54,512 bases of DNA from positions 1 to 54,512 of the forward strand of contig JAEOTQ010000202.1 in assembly GCA_016839785.1 (NCBI GenBank), read 5' to 3'. The notes under the pieces are model-generated. The model saw nothing but the letters and a program-made list of their open reading frames with translations. It made no database searches and was not told the origin of the DNA. This DNA is from Candidatus Hodarchaeota archaeon (GTDB lineage Archaea; Asgardarchaeota; Heimdallarchaeia; Hodarchaeales; Hodarchaeaceae). This document shows, one piece after another, positions 1-9,600 of this stretch. Each line of letters begins with the position of its first letter. The first letter of the stretch is position 1. Position numbers and translations under genes: made by a program.

Positions 1-2
1 GT

Positions 3-467
3 ATTGGAAGAGAAGAAGATTATTCAATAAAAAGCAGAACTCGTATAGATCAATGGCACGTTGGGCATGTGCTTAGGGACCAACTATCAACATTTCAAGG
101 TGTAACCAGTGATGATGCTGATTACGACATCAACCTCGTTAAAATTTTAATTAGACACCAGTACTGGTTTAAAGATAAAAAATTAACGAATGCAGGAAAA
201 ATCCTTCGTTTACTACTTGCAAATCCCGAAATTCATGATTTTTTAAACATTAATAGATTCCAAGATGTCCTATGGTTTAGTTCCGATAATTTTGAAAAAT
301 TCATAGGTTATCTTGGATTAATTGCCTTAGTTGACATTCTTTCTGCTGATTTTGACGAAGATATAACAAAATTGGAAGTAATGAGGATTCATGAAACCAT
401 TTTCAATTGGACAAATGCTTCTAAGCAGTCCAACTATCAAGTAGAAAAATTACTTAGCTATCTGTAA
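3..467 (+). CDS. C-terminal part of a large protein, probably alpha-amylase family (5' truncated by window edge)
   Basis: Frame is open from base 3. The tail 'FLNINRFQDVLWF...SNYQVEKLL' resembles the C-terminus of large alpha-amylase-family proteins as I recall it; the catalytic domain is not in the window. Confidence 0.5.
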   Translation: MGREEDYSIKSRTRIDQWHVGHVLRDQLSTFQGVTSDDADYDINLVKILIRHQYWFKDKKLTNAGKILRLLLANPEIHDFLNINRFQDVLWFSSDNFEKFIGYLGLIALVDILSADFDEDITKLEVMRIHETIFNWTNASKQSNYQVEKLLSYL

Positions 468-548
468 AATCCTCCTTAGGGACAAAAAAAGATACCATAT
501 AATCATTTCATAACATGATTGAAGTATCGCACTGTACAGTCCTAAAGC

Positions 549-556
549 TATATAAA
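549..556 (+). promoter_or_regulatory. Archaeal TATA box of the Lrp-type regulator gene
   Basis: TATATAAA ends 28 nt before ATG 585 and no Shine-Dalgarno is evident, consistent with a leaderless mRNA. Confidence 0.55.
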
Positions 557-584
557 TCTGGACTCTTATTGTGAATCGGCTCAG

Positions 585-1616
585 ATGAAGGACTACCTCA
601 ATGACAAGACTAGTTTACAGATCCTTGAACTTTTAGTATCTGGTCGTGGTGTAGATGCGAATATCAATCAACTGTCTAAACGTCTTAAACATCATAGAGA
701 AACCATCAAGGAACGATTGAATATAATTTTTTACAATAGAATCTTGGAAAAACCTGTTTATCCATACATTGGTCTTCTCCGATCCTTAAATCTCTTGGTT
801 ATCTCTAAAGCTGAGTTTTGTAGAGATGAGAAGACCACATCGTTTATAAATACGGCTCCTCATTTCTTATCAGCTTTTATATTCAAAGAAGGGGTTTATA
901 ACACCATAACGATACAACTACACAAGGATTTATATTCGTACCAGACTTGGAGCGACAGTGTTTATAAAAATAATCTTGTAACCTCATGTGATAACCAACA
1001 TTTTCCCGAGGCCTTGTTCTTTAGCACAAAGCGAATTTTAAAATTTGATCCTGGGTCTCCTATTGAAATTCTTGAACAAGAATACAAAAAAAATAGTTTT
1101 GGCATTTTGGATGGTTGCGAAATTGATACATTAACATTTGAAATTCTTCGTACTATAGGAAAAGGAGAATGTATCCGTACAAATGAGAATTTTATCGCAA
1201 ATGAGCTCAATATGAGTAGAAAATCTGTAACTCGACGTATCCAGTCCTTACTCGAAGCCAATGTTGTTGCCTTTCCCCGTTCATTTTTCCCCAATTTATT
1301 CGCTCCAACCTGTTTTGTAGTAGTGTTTTCTTTTATCGAAATTAAAAAGCAGGATAATCTAGCCCTTCAATCTCTTTTGACTGATCCACATGTGGTAATT
1401 CTTATTCGTACCAATCAGGGACGATATAATCTCTTTATTGCCAGTACATTTCCAACAATACAGAAATATTTACAGTGGCAAGAAAATCTCAATAATTATT
1501 ATTCAGAAATTTTTGGTGCCATGAAAAGTACTTTTCTTTCACCAGAATTGTCCTTTTCGATTAAACAACATGATTTTGCTACGAATTTTATCAGGGGAAG
1601 AATAGATAATCTATAA
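585..1616 (+). CDS. Tandem Lrp/AsnC-type winged-helix transcriptional regulator
   Basis: Two HTH regions (NINQLSKRLKHHRETIKERL; NENFIANELNMSRKSVTRRIQSL), each followed by a RAM-like segment (EGVYN, QGRYN). Confidence 0.75.
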   Translation: MKDYLNDKTSLQILELLVSGRGVDANINQLSKRLKHHRETIKERLNIIFYNRILEKPVYPYIGLLRSLNLLVISKAEFCRDEKTTSFINTAPHFLSAFIFKEGVYNTITIQLHKDLYSYQTWSDSVYKNNLVTSCDNQHFPEALFFSTKRILKFDPGSPIEILEQEYKKNSFGILDGCEIDTLTFEILRTIGKGECIRTNENFIANELNMSRKSVTRRIQSLLEANVVAFPRSFFPNLFAPTCFVVVFSFIEIKKQDNLALQSLLTDPHVVILIRTNQGRYNLFIASTFPTIQKYLQWQENLNNYYSEIFGAMKSTFLSPELSFSIKQHDFATNFIRGRIDNL

Positions 1617-1946
1617 GTCAAATTGTGGCGCTTTATTTTTGTAACTATTTACATTTAAATTAGCGAAATGTGGTTAAAACCCCTGTGATTGGCTAAAATT
1701 TGATTATATGTTCGCTGGGTTGTCATCGAATTGAATTAGTAGACACTTCACGATATAACTGGTATCGAAATTTCTAGAAAAAAGTATCAGTAATTTACAT
1801 TTGAACTGGCATTTTCAGACTAGAAATGATATTTTTTGAGTCACTAATAGTACCGAAATTCCCTCTCATTGTAATCATGATTTATTAAAGAAATAAGTGC
1901 AATTTTTTATAATAAATCTGTCACTAGAACAAAGGAAATGTAAAAC

Positions 1947-2087
1947 ATGACTAAAGCTAATGTTACTGAAAGATTAGAAACTGTAGATGAAATTTTCCAA
2001 GATCAATTTGATGACACGCAAGAGGATACTACCCAATCAATAAATCTCCTTTTATGCTCCTATCCATTTAGATTTCGATACCATTAA
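1947..2087 (+). CDS. Putative 46-aa small protein, absent from the ORF track
   Basis: Hand-translated: MTKANVTERLETVDEIFQDQFDDTQEDTTQSINLLLCSYPFRFRYH. AAGGA lies upstream and an AT-rich TATA-like tract is near 1905-1915. Confidence 0.5.
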   Translation: MTKANVTERLETVDEIFQDQFDDTQEDTTQSINLLLCSYPFRFRYH

Positions 2088-2261
2088 GATACGAAGGTTG
2101 CTTAAATCTTTTTAATATTACAATGAATCTCCAGATCTCGAAGGTATCATATTTTCTTACTTTTTGGTTGAGTAAATCTAACAATAGTCCACTTTACTTT
2201 GATTGCTGAAGATTGTTTCAGACCTATTCAAATAGGAGAATATCCTAAGAAAAAATGAATT

Positions 2262-2417
2262 ATGGCAATCGATGAAGGAATCATAGAAAGCGACTCTTTG
2301 TTTAGATATATCTATAATTTTGGAATCTCTCACGTTAAGAAGACCGTCAGATCTTCATTTCGGGTATTAGGGGTAGAAGATCTAGCTGATGAGTTCTTCA
2401 CAAACGATTCAACCTAA
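2262..2417 (+). CDS. Putative 51-aa small ORF or gene remnant
   Basis: Hand-translated: MAIDEGIIESDSLFRYIYNFGISHVKKTVRSSFRVLGVEDLADEFFTNDST. Composition is protein-like but no family is recognised. Confidence 0.3.
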   Translation: MAIDEGIIESDSLFRYIYNFGISHVKKTVRSSFRVLGVEDLADEFFTNDST

Positions 2418-2465
2418 AATCCTAACATCAATAACCATAAATATCTCTTCTTTAGATCAGAAAAT

Positions 2466-2981
2466 ATGGTTAAACGTCCAAAGATGACAAGTACTCATCT
2501 GTGCTTGCTGCTTTTCGTCCAAAACACTTGGAATCACTATGAAAGACACTTAATAAAAACTTTAAATCACAAAATGCTTAATTCGAGACAAGCGAGTTTT
2601 CTCATTGGTACTACGAATCTCAAGAATGAAAGTTGTGTCGTTTGTTCTCAGATATTTGATTCAATGATAGAAATTCAAGGTGTGAATGATGGACGCCTTT
2701 TTAAATCACACAATATCTTAGATACTTTTTACATATGGGACCCAGATCATCGGAATGAAGTAATTGATTTCATAAATCAGATTTTAACAGAAAAATCTAT
2801 TAAAAAAATTTACATTCTACAAGTTGGTTCTTTTAAAGCGACTTTGGCACACTTGAAGAATTTTAACCTCAATGCAAGCCTAACAAGACAAAAATATCAT
2901 AAAAAGGAATTCATTAGACTTCTCACTAGGGATAAATTTGAAAACAATGTAATATATGAGATTGGGAAAGACAGCTACTGA
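2466..2981 (+). CDS. Hypothetical protein (true start possibly ATG 2664)
   Basis: 171-codon ORF whose C-terminal ~105 aa look globular; no motif recognised. Confidence 0.5.
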   Translation: MVKRPKMTSTHLCLLLFVQNTWNHYERHLIKTLNHKMLNSRQASFLIGTTNLKNESCVVCSQIFDSMIEIQGVNDGRLFKSHNILDTFYIWDPDHRNEVIDFINQILTEKSIKKIYILQVGSFKATLAHLKNFNLNASLTRQKYHKKEFIRLLTRDKFENNVIYEIGKDSY

Positions 2982-3061
2982 TAAAGAATCTGACCAATGA
3001 AATATCTATACCCATTTTCTTCGTACTATCAGCCACTAAGTACCCGCCAATCCACCCAGGA

Positions 3062-4258
3062 TTATTCGACCCACCATTGCCACTTTTTTCTCTGCATTTT
3101 AACAATGATCCATTCAATACTGAACATAAATCGCGCTCTTTGCCAGAAGAAGGCAAGTAAAACCCAGAATAGAGCATATAATAATCCGAAAAGCATTGAC
3201 ATTTCTAAGGTTGGGATTATAGCTTGAATCAATTCTGATTCAGCAGGAATCCCGTAGGCCAGATTATGTAGTAAATAGACTGTTAAACTAATTTTACTTA
3301 TTAATACCAATGGTAATACAAATTTATTAATTCTAGGGACTCCGTAGAGTGTATCTAAATCTAATAATATCACCCCACCTGTTACAGTTAGAAGATGGAA
3401 ACCTATAGATATAAAAACTAAATTTGAGGAAATTGGTGATTGAACAGGTGGCGATGTGTAGGTTTCAACTCCCAGCAATAAAATTCCAATGATGAAGGAG
3501 ATAGCTCCAATAATGTAGACAGGAATGGCTTTCTTCGGAATTCTAGATTTGTCCTCATTAGGTAAATTAAGATATAGTGCTAAAAATCCCCCTACAACCG
3601 AAAAGGCAAGGTAAGGAACAATCGGTGCCTGACCATAATCGAGTATTATTCGTTCTATTATTGAGGAAAGACTGAGCTCGGATGCATGAGCGATGTTTCT
3701 ACTCTGAGCGTAATCATGGAATACCAAATAAATCCCGAGCACAACTATTATAATGACAAGAAGTTCCACCATAGCAGCTTTTTTAAAATCTCCTAATCCT
3801 TTCCTTTCAGCCATCCATGCTACTTCAAAAATTACTAATATAAAGATCGTAGAAAAGGAAAACATATGAAATAATTCCCAGGTCACCAAATAATTGAGTA
3901 TTGGTTTTCCAAGGAATATTGCTGTAGCAAATTCTCCAAATTCTGCAACAATAAAGAAGATTATAGTTCTTTTCACTAGCCTGTGCCGACTACCTAGGCG
4001 TTCGGCATCAGTTTTTCGCCTTAAGAGAGAATTCGCACTATTAAATGTGTACCAGAATAAAAAACCAGGTGGCACTAAAAAGGCTACAATTAAAAGCAGC
4101 CATGCAGGCAATGGTAGGCTAGGCCATTGAGAATCTAATGTATGATCCCACCATAGGCTTGTATGTCCGATTACAAATAGAAAAACTGAAAATCCCATCC
4201 CAATATCGGTCGTAACCAAGTAGAATGGTTTTTTCTGGGAAGATTGAGCGTTTTCCAT
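3062..4258 (-). CDS. Polytopic membrane protein, acyltransferase-3/DUF418/HGSNAT-like
   Basis: About 10 TM segments; motifs 'DIGMG...GH', 'PIVPY', 'SKISLTVYLLH', 'FSIEW'. Start set at MENAQ. Confidence 0.6.
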   Translation of the reverse strand: MENAQSSQKKPFYLVTTDIGMGFSVFLFVIGHTSLWWDHTLDSQWPSLPLPAWLLLIVAFLVPPGFLFWYTFNSANSLLRRKTDAERLGSRHRLVKRTIIFFIVAEFGEFATAIFLGKPILNYLVTWELFHMFSFSTIFILVIFEVAWMAERKGLGDFKKAAMVELLVIIIVVLGIYLVFHDYAQSRNIAHASELSLSSIIERIILDYGQAPIVPYLAFSVVGGFLALYLNLPNEDKSRIPKKAIPVYIIGAISFIIGILLLGVETYTSPPVQSPISSNLVFISIGFHLLTVTGGVILLDLDTLYGVPRINKFVLPLVLISKISLTVYLLHNLAYGIPAESELIQAIIPTLEMSMLFGLLYALFWVLLAFFWQRARFMFSIEWIIVKMQRKKWQWWVE

Positions 4259-4383
4259 TGTTACTTCAATTTTCCTTAAAATGATGAAGAAGTTAAAAAA
4301 TTCAGGTGTCAACAATAACTAGATAAAAGAATGGAATCGTGTTCAGTCATTTGTCAATCTATCGGTTCTCAAATATTCAGACA

Positions 4384-5283
4384 TTAATTCTCTGATTTCA
4401 TCGTTCGCTCGAACTGGATGAGTAATTTTTCTAAAATGTCTAATGTAATTGTATCTTGATACGGAATTATTATGAAATTCTGTCCTACTCTATTAGCGAT
4501 TTCTGCACGAGCACCTGTGCGAGTATTGAGGTAGTCACGAATAGTTTTTAGAAATGATCTCAGTTTTGCTTCCTCTTGTTCTTGATGCAAAAATAGGCCA
4601 TAATTCCCTATTTCTGGATTATCCTTTAAATAAAATTTCGAGGTTCTTCTAATAAATGGAAAACTCTTGAGAGTAATGATTTTTGAAAAATCAAATGACT
4701 CTGTTACATTAGTTTTCATGATTTCACTTAAAGAACTTTTAGCAGCGCATATAGGACATTTTCCAGTAACTTTCAAGGATTCTGCAAAATGAGGAAGATG
4801 GAAAGGATTCTGACAGGTCGGACAATAAATCCGATCTTCATCCTCTTTAATTATATGTCTACAAACAGAACATGTTTCTTTAACACTTGAGAGAAGAATC
4901 AGTTCTGAATTCATTTGATTGAATTTTTCTGTGGGATGACCAACCCAGAAAACACGATTTCCCCATTGATCTCTTGCATAACTTCCTTCTTTTGGAATTA
5001 AAGGGCTTCTGATTAGAATTTTATCTCCCTTGCTAAGTTTACTCACTGAAGTAATATTTTTTTGATTCGTTGGATTTACCCAGATTAATAACATTCGAGT
5101 AGCAGAACTTTTTTTGTCTGTGACAGGTATCTGACGAAAAGGTGCCATACCATAAGTTATTTCTTTAGAAGAATGGTCTTTGGCATGACATTCAAATTCT
5201 ATGTCCATTATTGCTTCATCAGGGTATTCTTCGGAATCCAATCGTAATATTGCTTCACTAAAGCTAATTTTTTTGTTGGCCAT
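4384..5283 (-). CDS. OB-fold-like plus RING/PHD-like zinc-finger protein
   Basis: C138-x2-C-x12-C-x2-C-x4-H-x2-H-x10-C-x2-C179. N-terminal 'VTD...LLIW...LSKGDKILI' resembles an RPA-type OB fold. Confidence 0.65.
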   Translation of the reverse strand: MANKKISFSEAILRLDSEEYPDEAIMDIEFECHAKDHSSKEITYGMAPFRQIPVTDKKSSATRMLLIWVNPTNQKNITSVSKLSKGDKILIRSPLIPKEGSYARDQWGNRVFWVGHPTEKFNQMNSELILLSSVKETCSVCRHIIKEDEDRIYCPTCQNPFHLPHFAESLKVTGKCPICAAKSSLSEIMKTNVTESFDFSKIITLKSFPFIRRTSKFYLKDNPEIGNYGLFLHQEQEEAKLRSFLKTIRDYLNTRTGARAEIANRVGQNFIIIPYQDTITLDILEKLLIQFERTMKSEN

Positions 5284-5513
5284 TTTCCTCTCTTAACTCG
5301 CCTCTATCATTCTTTCCATTTTCTCTCATCATCTAATAATCTTACTTTTCACGGTAATGAATATTCTTTGTAGTCCGAATAGATTTCATTATCCTGAGAA
5401 AATGGGTCACCTTTGATCATGAGGAGTATGTATTTTAGCTCAATCTCCCAAAGATTTATACGAACCTTAACTCCATTATTCCAAAGATTCTCATATAAAT
5501 GGTGAATTAACGA

Positions 5514-6185
5514 ATGACTCCCACACCCGATTCAGAAGCTGCATTAGCAATTTTGCGCTTGTGGCCAGATGATTTCAAATGGTACCTCATACCTCTATTC
5601 GCGATAGTTGTTTATATGTATGCAGTAGAGATTGAGAAAAAAAATTGGAACAGAGTATTTGCAGGCCTCGCATTTTGGGGTATGGATTGGTTTAATGAAA
5701 TCTGGAATGCTCTAATCTTGTATTTCACTGATTATCAGGCATTCTGGACTTGCAGCGGTGAAACGGGATATCTTATTTTTGTAGGATTAAATATTGAGAT
5801 AAGCATGATGTTTGCAATGGCCGGTATTGCATTTACGAAAATGCTTCCTGAGGACAAGAACTATAAATTTGACCTCACTCCACTCAAGATTCCGCTTAAG
5901 ATTCCCAATCGATGGGCATTAGCAGTTGGAAACTCAATCTTCTGCGTATTTGTAGAAGTAATATTGAATGATGCAGGTGCTCTGCTTTGGGTTTATGATT
6001 TTTGGAAGGCTAGTCTTTTAGGAGTCATTCCTATCATTATATTTGGCTATCTTCATTTTATGGTCGTTTCTTTCTGGGTTTATGATATGAAAGAGCGAAA
6101 AAATCAAATCCTGACACTAGCGGTTATATATACTGTAGATATTATTGCTATTGTTCTTTTCGCTGGAATTCTAGACTGGATTTGA
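5514..6185 (+). CDS. Conserved-type integral membrane protein of unknown function
   Basis: About 6-7 TM segments with 'MDWFNEIWN' and 'GLNIEI' motifs. Confidence 0.75.
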   Translation: MTPTPDSEAALAILRLWPDDFKWYLIPLFAIVVYMYAVEIEKKNWNRVFAGLAFWGMDWFNEIWNALILYFTDYQAFWTCSGETGYLIFVGLNIEISMMFAMAGIAFTKMLPEDKNYKFDLTPLKIPLKIPNRWALAVGNSIFCVFVEVILNDAGALLWVYDFWKASLLGVIPIIIFGYLHFMVVSFWVYDMKERKNQILTLAVIYTVDIIAIVLFAGILDWI

Positions 6186-6196
6186 AATATATGGCA

Positions 6197-6230
6197 GAAG
6201 AGACCAGTCTCTTCAACCCCTCCTTTTTTT
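6197..6230 (+). terminator. Hairpin plus T-tract between convergent genes
   Basis: GAAGAGAC-CA-GTCTCTTC inverted repeat (6197-6214), followed 9 nt later by T7. Confidence 0.55.
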
Positions 6231-6270
6231 CTCATTCCCCCTTTTCAAGTAACTGGTAGAAGTTTACATT

Positions 6271-6477
6271 TTATCTCCTTAAACGAACTAGCAACCCCCC
6301 AACGATTCCCAATCCACCTAACACCATTAAAGCAAGATAAATAATAGGAAACTCTCCATCAGATGTCGGAGGAGGAGAAGGAGAGGTAGGTTCTAAGAAA
6401 AAGGCAATTATAGCTAGAATAAACGTTAAAAGTAGCAGAAAGCCAATGAACAGTTGAATATATATTTTCTGTGCCAA
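6271..6477 (-). CDS. Small 2-TM membrane protein with Pro-rich loop
   Basis: Two hydrophobic helices separated by PTSPSPPPTS, with a basic tail. Confidence 0.55.
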   Translation of the reverse strand: MAQKIYIQLFIGFLLLLTFILAIIAFFLEPTSPSPPPTSDGEFPIIYLALMVLGGLGIVGGLLVRLRR

Positions 6478-6603
6478 AAGGAGTCCACATTAGTATATCA
6501 TTTGTTTTGTAACATTGGTATTTCTCTTCTTAAATAAGCTTGAGATAGGGAGAATTGTTCCGTGATTTTCCGTGTAATTATGAAGAAACAACAATTTTGT
6601 CAC

Positions 6604-9600
6604 TTATAAACTTCGTTTCAATAATGGTAGGAATTTCTGGATTATGATTAAGAAAGAAGTTACTCCAACCAAACTAATAATTAGTAACACTAATGTAATC
6701 ATCATTGTACTATCTTGAGGATTACTTGTACCTTCCTCTGCATTTATCCAATCAATGATGTTACTAAAGAATATATTATTGTCCCCATGATGAAGAATTT
6801 CATTTGGATGGCATGCAAAAAGTAATATTTTTCCAATTCCCTCATACTTCGCAATTATTGAGTATTCACCTGAGGGATCGTAGACGATACTAGCTGATGG
6901 TACACTCACACCGAGATGAAGAATGGTTGTAGGAACCCAGAAATTGGTAACATTCTTGAATAACGGATATCTATGACTGTGATACGTAGTCAATCCACCT
7001 TCAATCTCGTCAGGTATTAAAGAAAGTCCGTAGTTTGCTAGAAAATTAACTATCCCCACAGGTAAACCCTGTGGAGTAAATATTAACACTGTGCCACCCT
7101 TATTAAGATAATCAGTAAGAGCGCTCAGCTCAGAAGGTTCCCACGTTTCACTTCCACCACAAATAATCACAATATCAGCAGTAGAAAGATGTGTTTCGTT
7201 TATGGGTTCGTAACGTATCACTTTTTGAATACTTAGATTCTGATATAATTCGGTGAGATATCCTGAATAATATTCATTGTGACTTCGGACATATAGGATT
7301 TCAGGAACTACGACATTTACGTTAATAATCGCGATATTGGTATTTCCAGCATTATCGAAAACTATTATACGTAATTTTAATGTCCCAGATGATTCGATAT
7401 GGTAAGAAAAGGTAGTTTCCAACGTCTGACTCACGAGGTTCCATTTCTGTTGTGCCTCATCCCAATCCTCAATCCGATGGGTGTTGATTCCTGACCCAAT
7501 GTCTGATGATACCCAAATAAGATCTAGATAAATCACATCTACGTCGCTACTATCTACCGGTGATAGAATATCAATTGCAGGATTAACAGTATCAACAATC
7601 ACCGTCTGTTCATATAGAATCTCTTCTAAATTGCTTAAAGATGCAATAATCTTTATGGTATGTTGGCCTTCTTCAAGATTGGTAAGAAGATACTGCGTAT
7701 CTGACGTAAAACCAACAGTAACTCCATCAAGTACTACAATATACTCAAGGACAGTAGTTTCATTTGGAGGATTCGCAAACCAGACCACGTCATAACTAGT
7801 GGCATTGATAAAAATTGTTGGCCCTCCTTTAACTCGAATGCCAGAGAATTCCCCATATGCTTCTAGCAGAATATTGTTAAAATACTGTTCATTATCTCCC
7901 TCAAACATATAATAAGTGATATCTCCTGAAAAAACCAGAAGTTTACCCATACTATCGTATGAAGCTCCAATAACATATCCAGCATATGATATCATTGAGG
8001 AAGCTGGAATAGATACAACGAGAGATTGCTCAACATCTCGGAAATAAAGGGTCTCAACATCATTCATCAATGAGTCTAATAAGTTTAAATCCGAAGTAAC
8101 AACATTTTCATTTGGACCTTCGTCTGATTTTCCTATTCCTTTGGTTACAAACCAATCATATAAATTAGAAGTATACGAATCGCGATTGACGAATAAAATC
8201 CAACCTCCTGCATCTAAGTAAGCATCTAAAGCATCAAATTCTAATGAAGTCCATGTGTTATCCCCACCATATCCTATAAAAACTATATCAAACTGCATTA
8301 GCCACGTATAGGTTACAGTGTCAGGGAAAAATAGATACTCATACTGAATATTCTGATAATTAAGATAATCTAGCAAGTTATATAAGCGATTTTCATTATG
8401 GTTTTCAACAAAACCTGCATTTAAAACATCTACATCTAACTCTAATTGTAATGTCCCTAGATTTCCAGCTCTATCCCAAACTAAAAAATTAAAGGAGTAT
8501 TCTCCTTCAATAGGGAAATAAAAATAAATAATAAAAGGATCATAATAATTCAGGCTAATTTCAGTCCAATTAGACTCATCTGAAATCTTCCAGAATACTT
8601 TAAGGATCGAAATACCTGATGAATCATCTGTAGCATTCCAAATAACAGTTTGATATAAATTCATTATTCGTGTGGACTCGGGAGAACTAATGTAAATCTC
8701 TGGAGCAATTAAATCAACAAGTATTATTCGAGAGTGATTGAAAACTTGAGAATTATTGTTATACATCTTGATTGTAAAATCGTAATAACCTTCTACCAAG
8801 TTATTCAATTGCCAATTTGAATTCGTTGTATTTCCTTGTAGGACACCATCTAAATAAATTTCGAATCTGTCTAAGGATGTATTTTCTAAGTACCAGTTCC
8901 ATTTGATAATAGGATCGGTCCGATTTATATACAAACTCGAATATTGAATTGATATTCCTTCTCGATGGCGAATAGATTCATCAAGGATATTTAATAAGAA
9001 TTGCTCATTATCGGAATAATACGTTCTATAGTTTATATCCCCTGATAAAGCAATTAATCCTCCTAAACCCTCCACAAATGCTCCAACAATATATGACCAA
9101 TCATTCGACCATATAATGGGCTGAGCATCTCCTGATAGAGTCCAGGATGCAAAGGTGTATCTTAGATATAGCTCATTGATTCCGTTAAATAATGGTAGTA
9201 CATTTTCAAAGGTTGATGTATAGATCGTTCCTGGACCATTATAAGTGAAAGTTATTCCTTTCGTACCCAGCCAGCTTTCTAAGGGAGTAGAATATGTATC
9301 ACGCCCCACATACACCACCCAACCCCCTGAGTCCAAATAATTCTCTAAAGCTGTCAATTCAGTACTAGTCCAGCTTCCTGATCCACTATAACCAATGAAA
9401 ACGACATCGAATCTAGTTAACCACGAGAAAGTAACACTTTCCCCTGAATTTAAATATTCCACCAGAAATCCTTGGTTGTTGTAGAAAGAGGAAATTCCTC
9501 CTAAATTATCTTCAAAATGAGACTGAATTATTCCTATGGTACGAATATCTACGAGAACTGGTAAAATTTCGTCATGCCTATTACCAGCATAATCCCAAAC

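Noticed and set aside
2103-2417. In-frame TGA codons (2124, 2169, 2256) upstream of the 51-aa ORF as possible selenocysteine readthrough
   Set aside because: There is no redox-motif context, selenoprotein similarity or SECIS that I could identify. Ordinary stops or a decayed gene are more likely.
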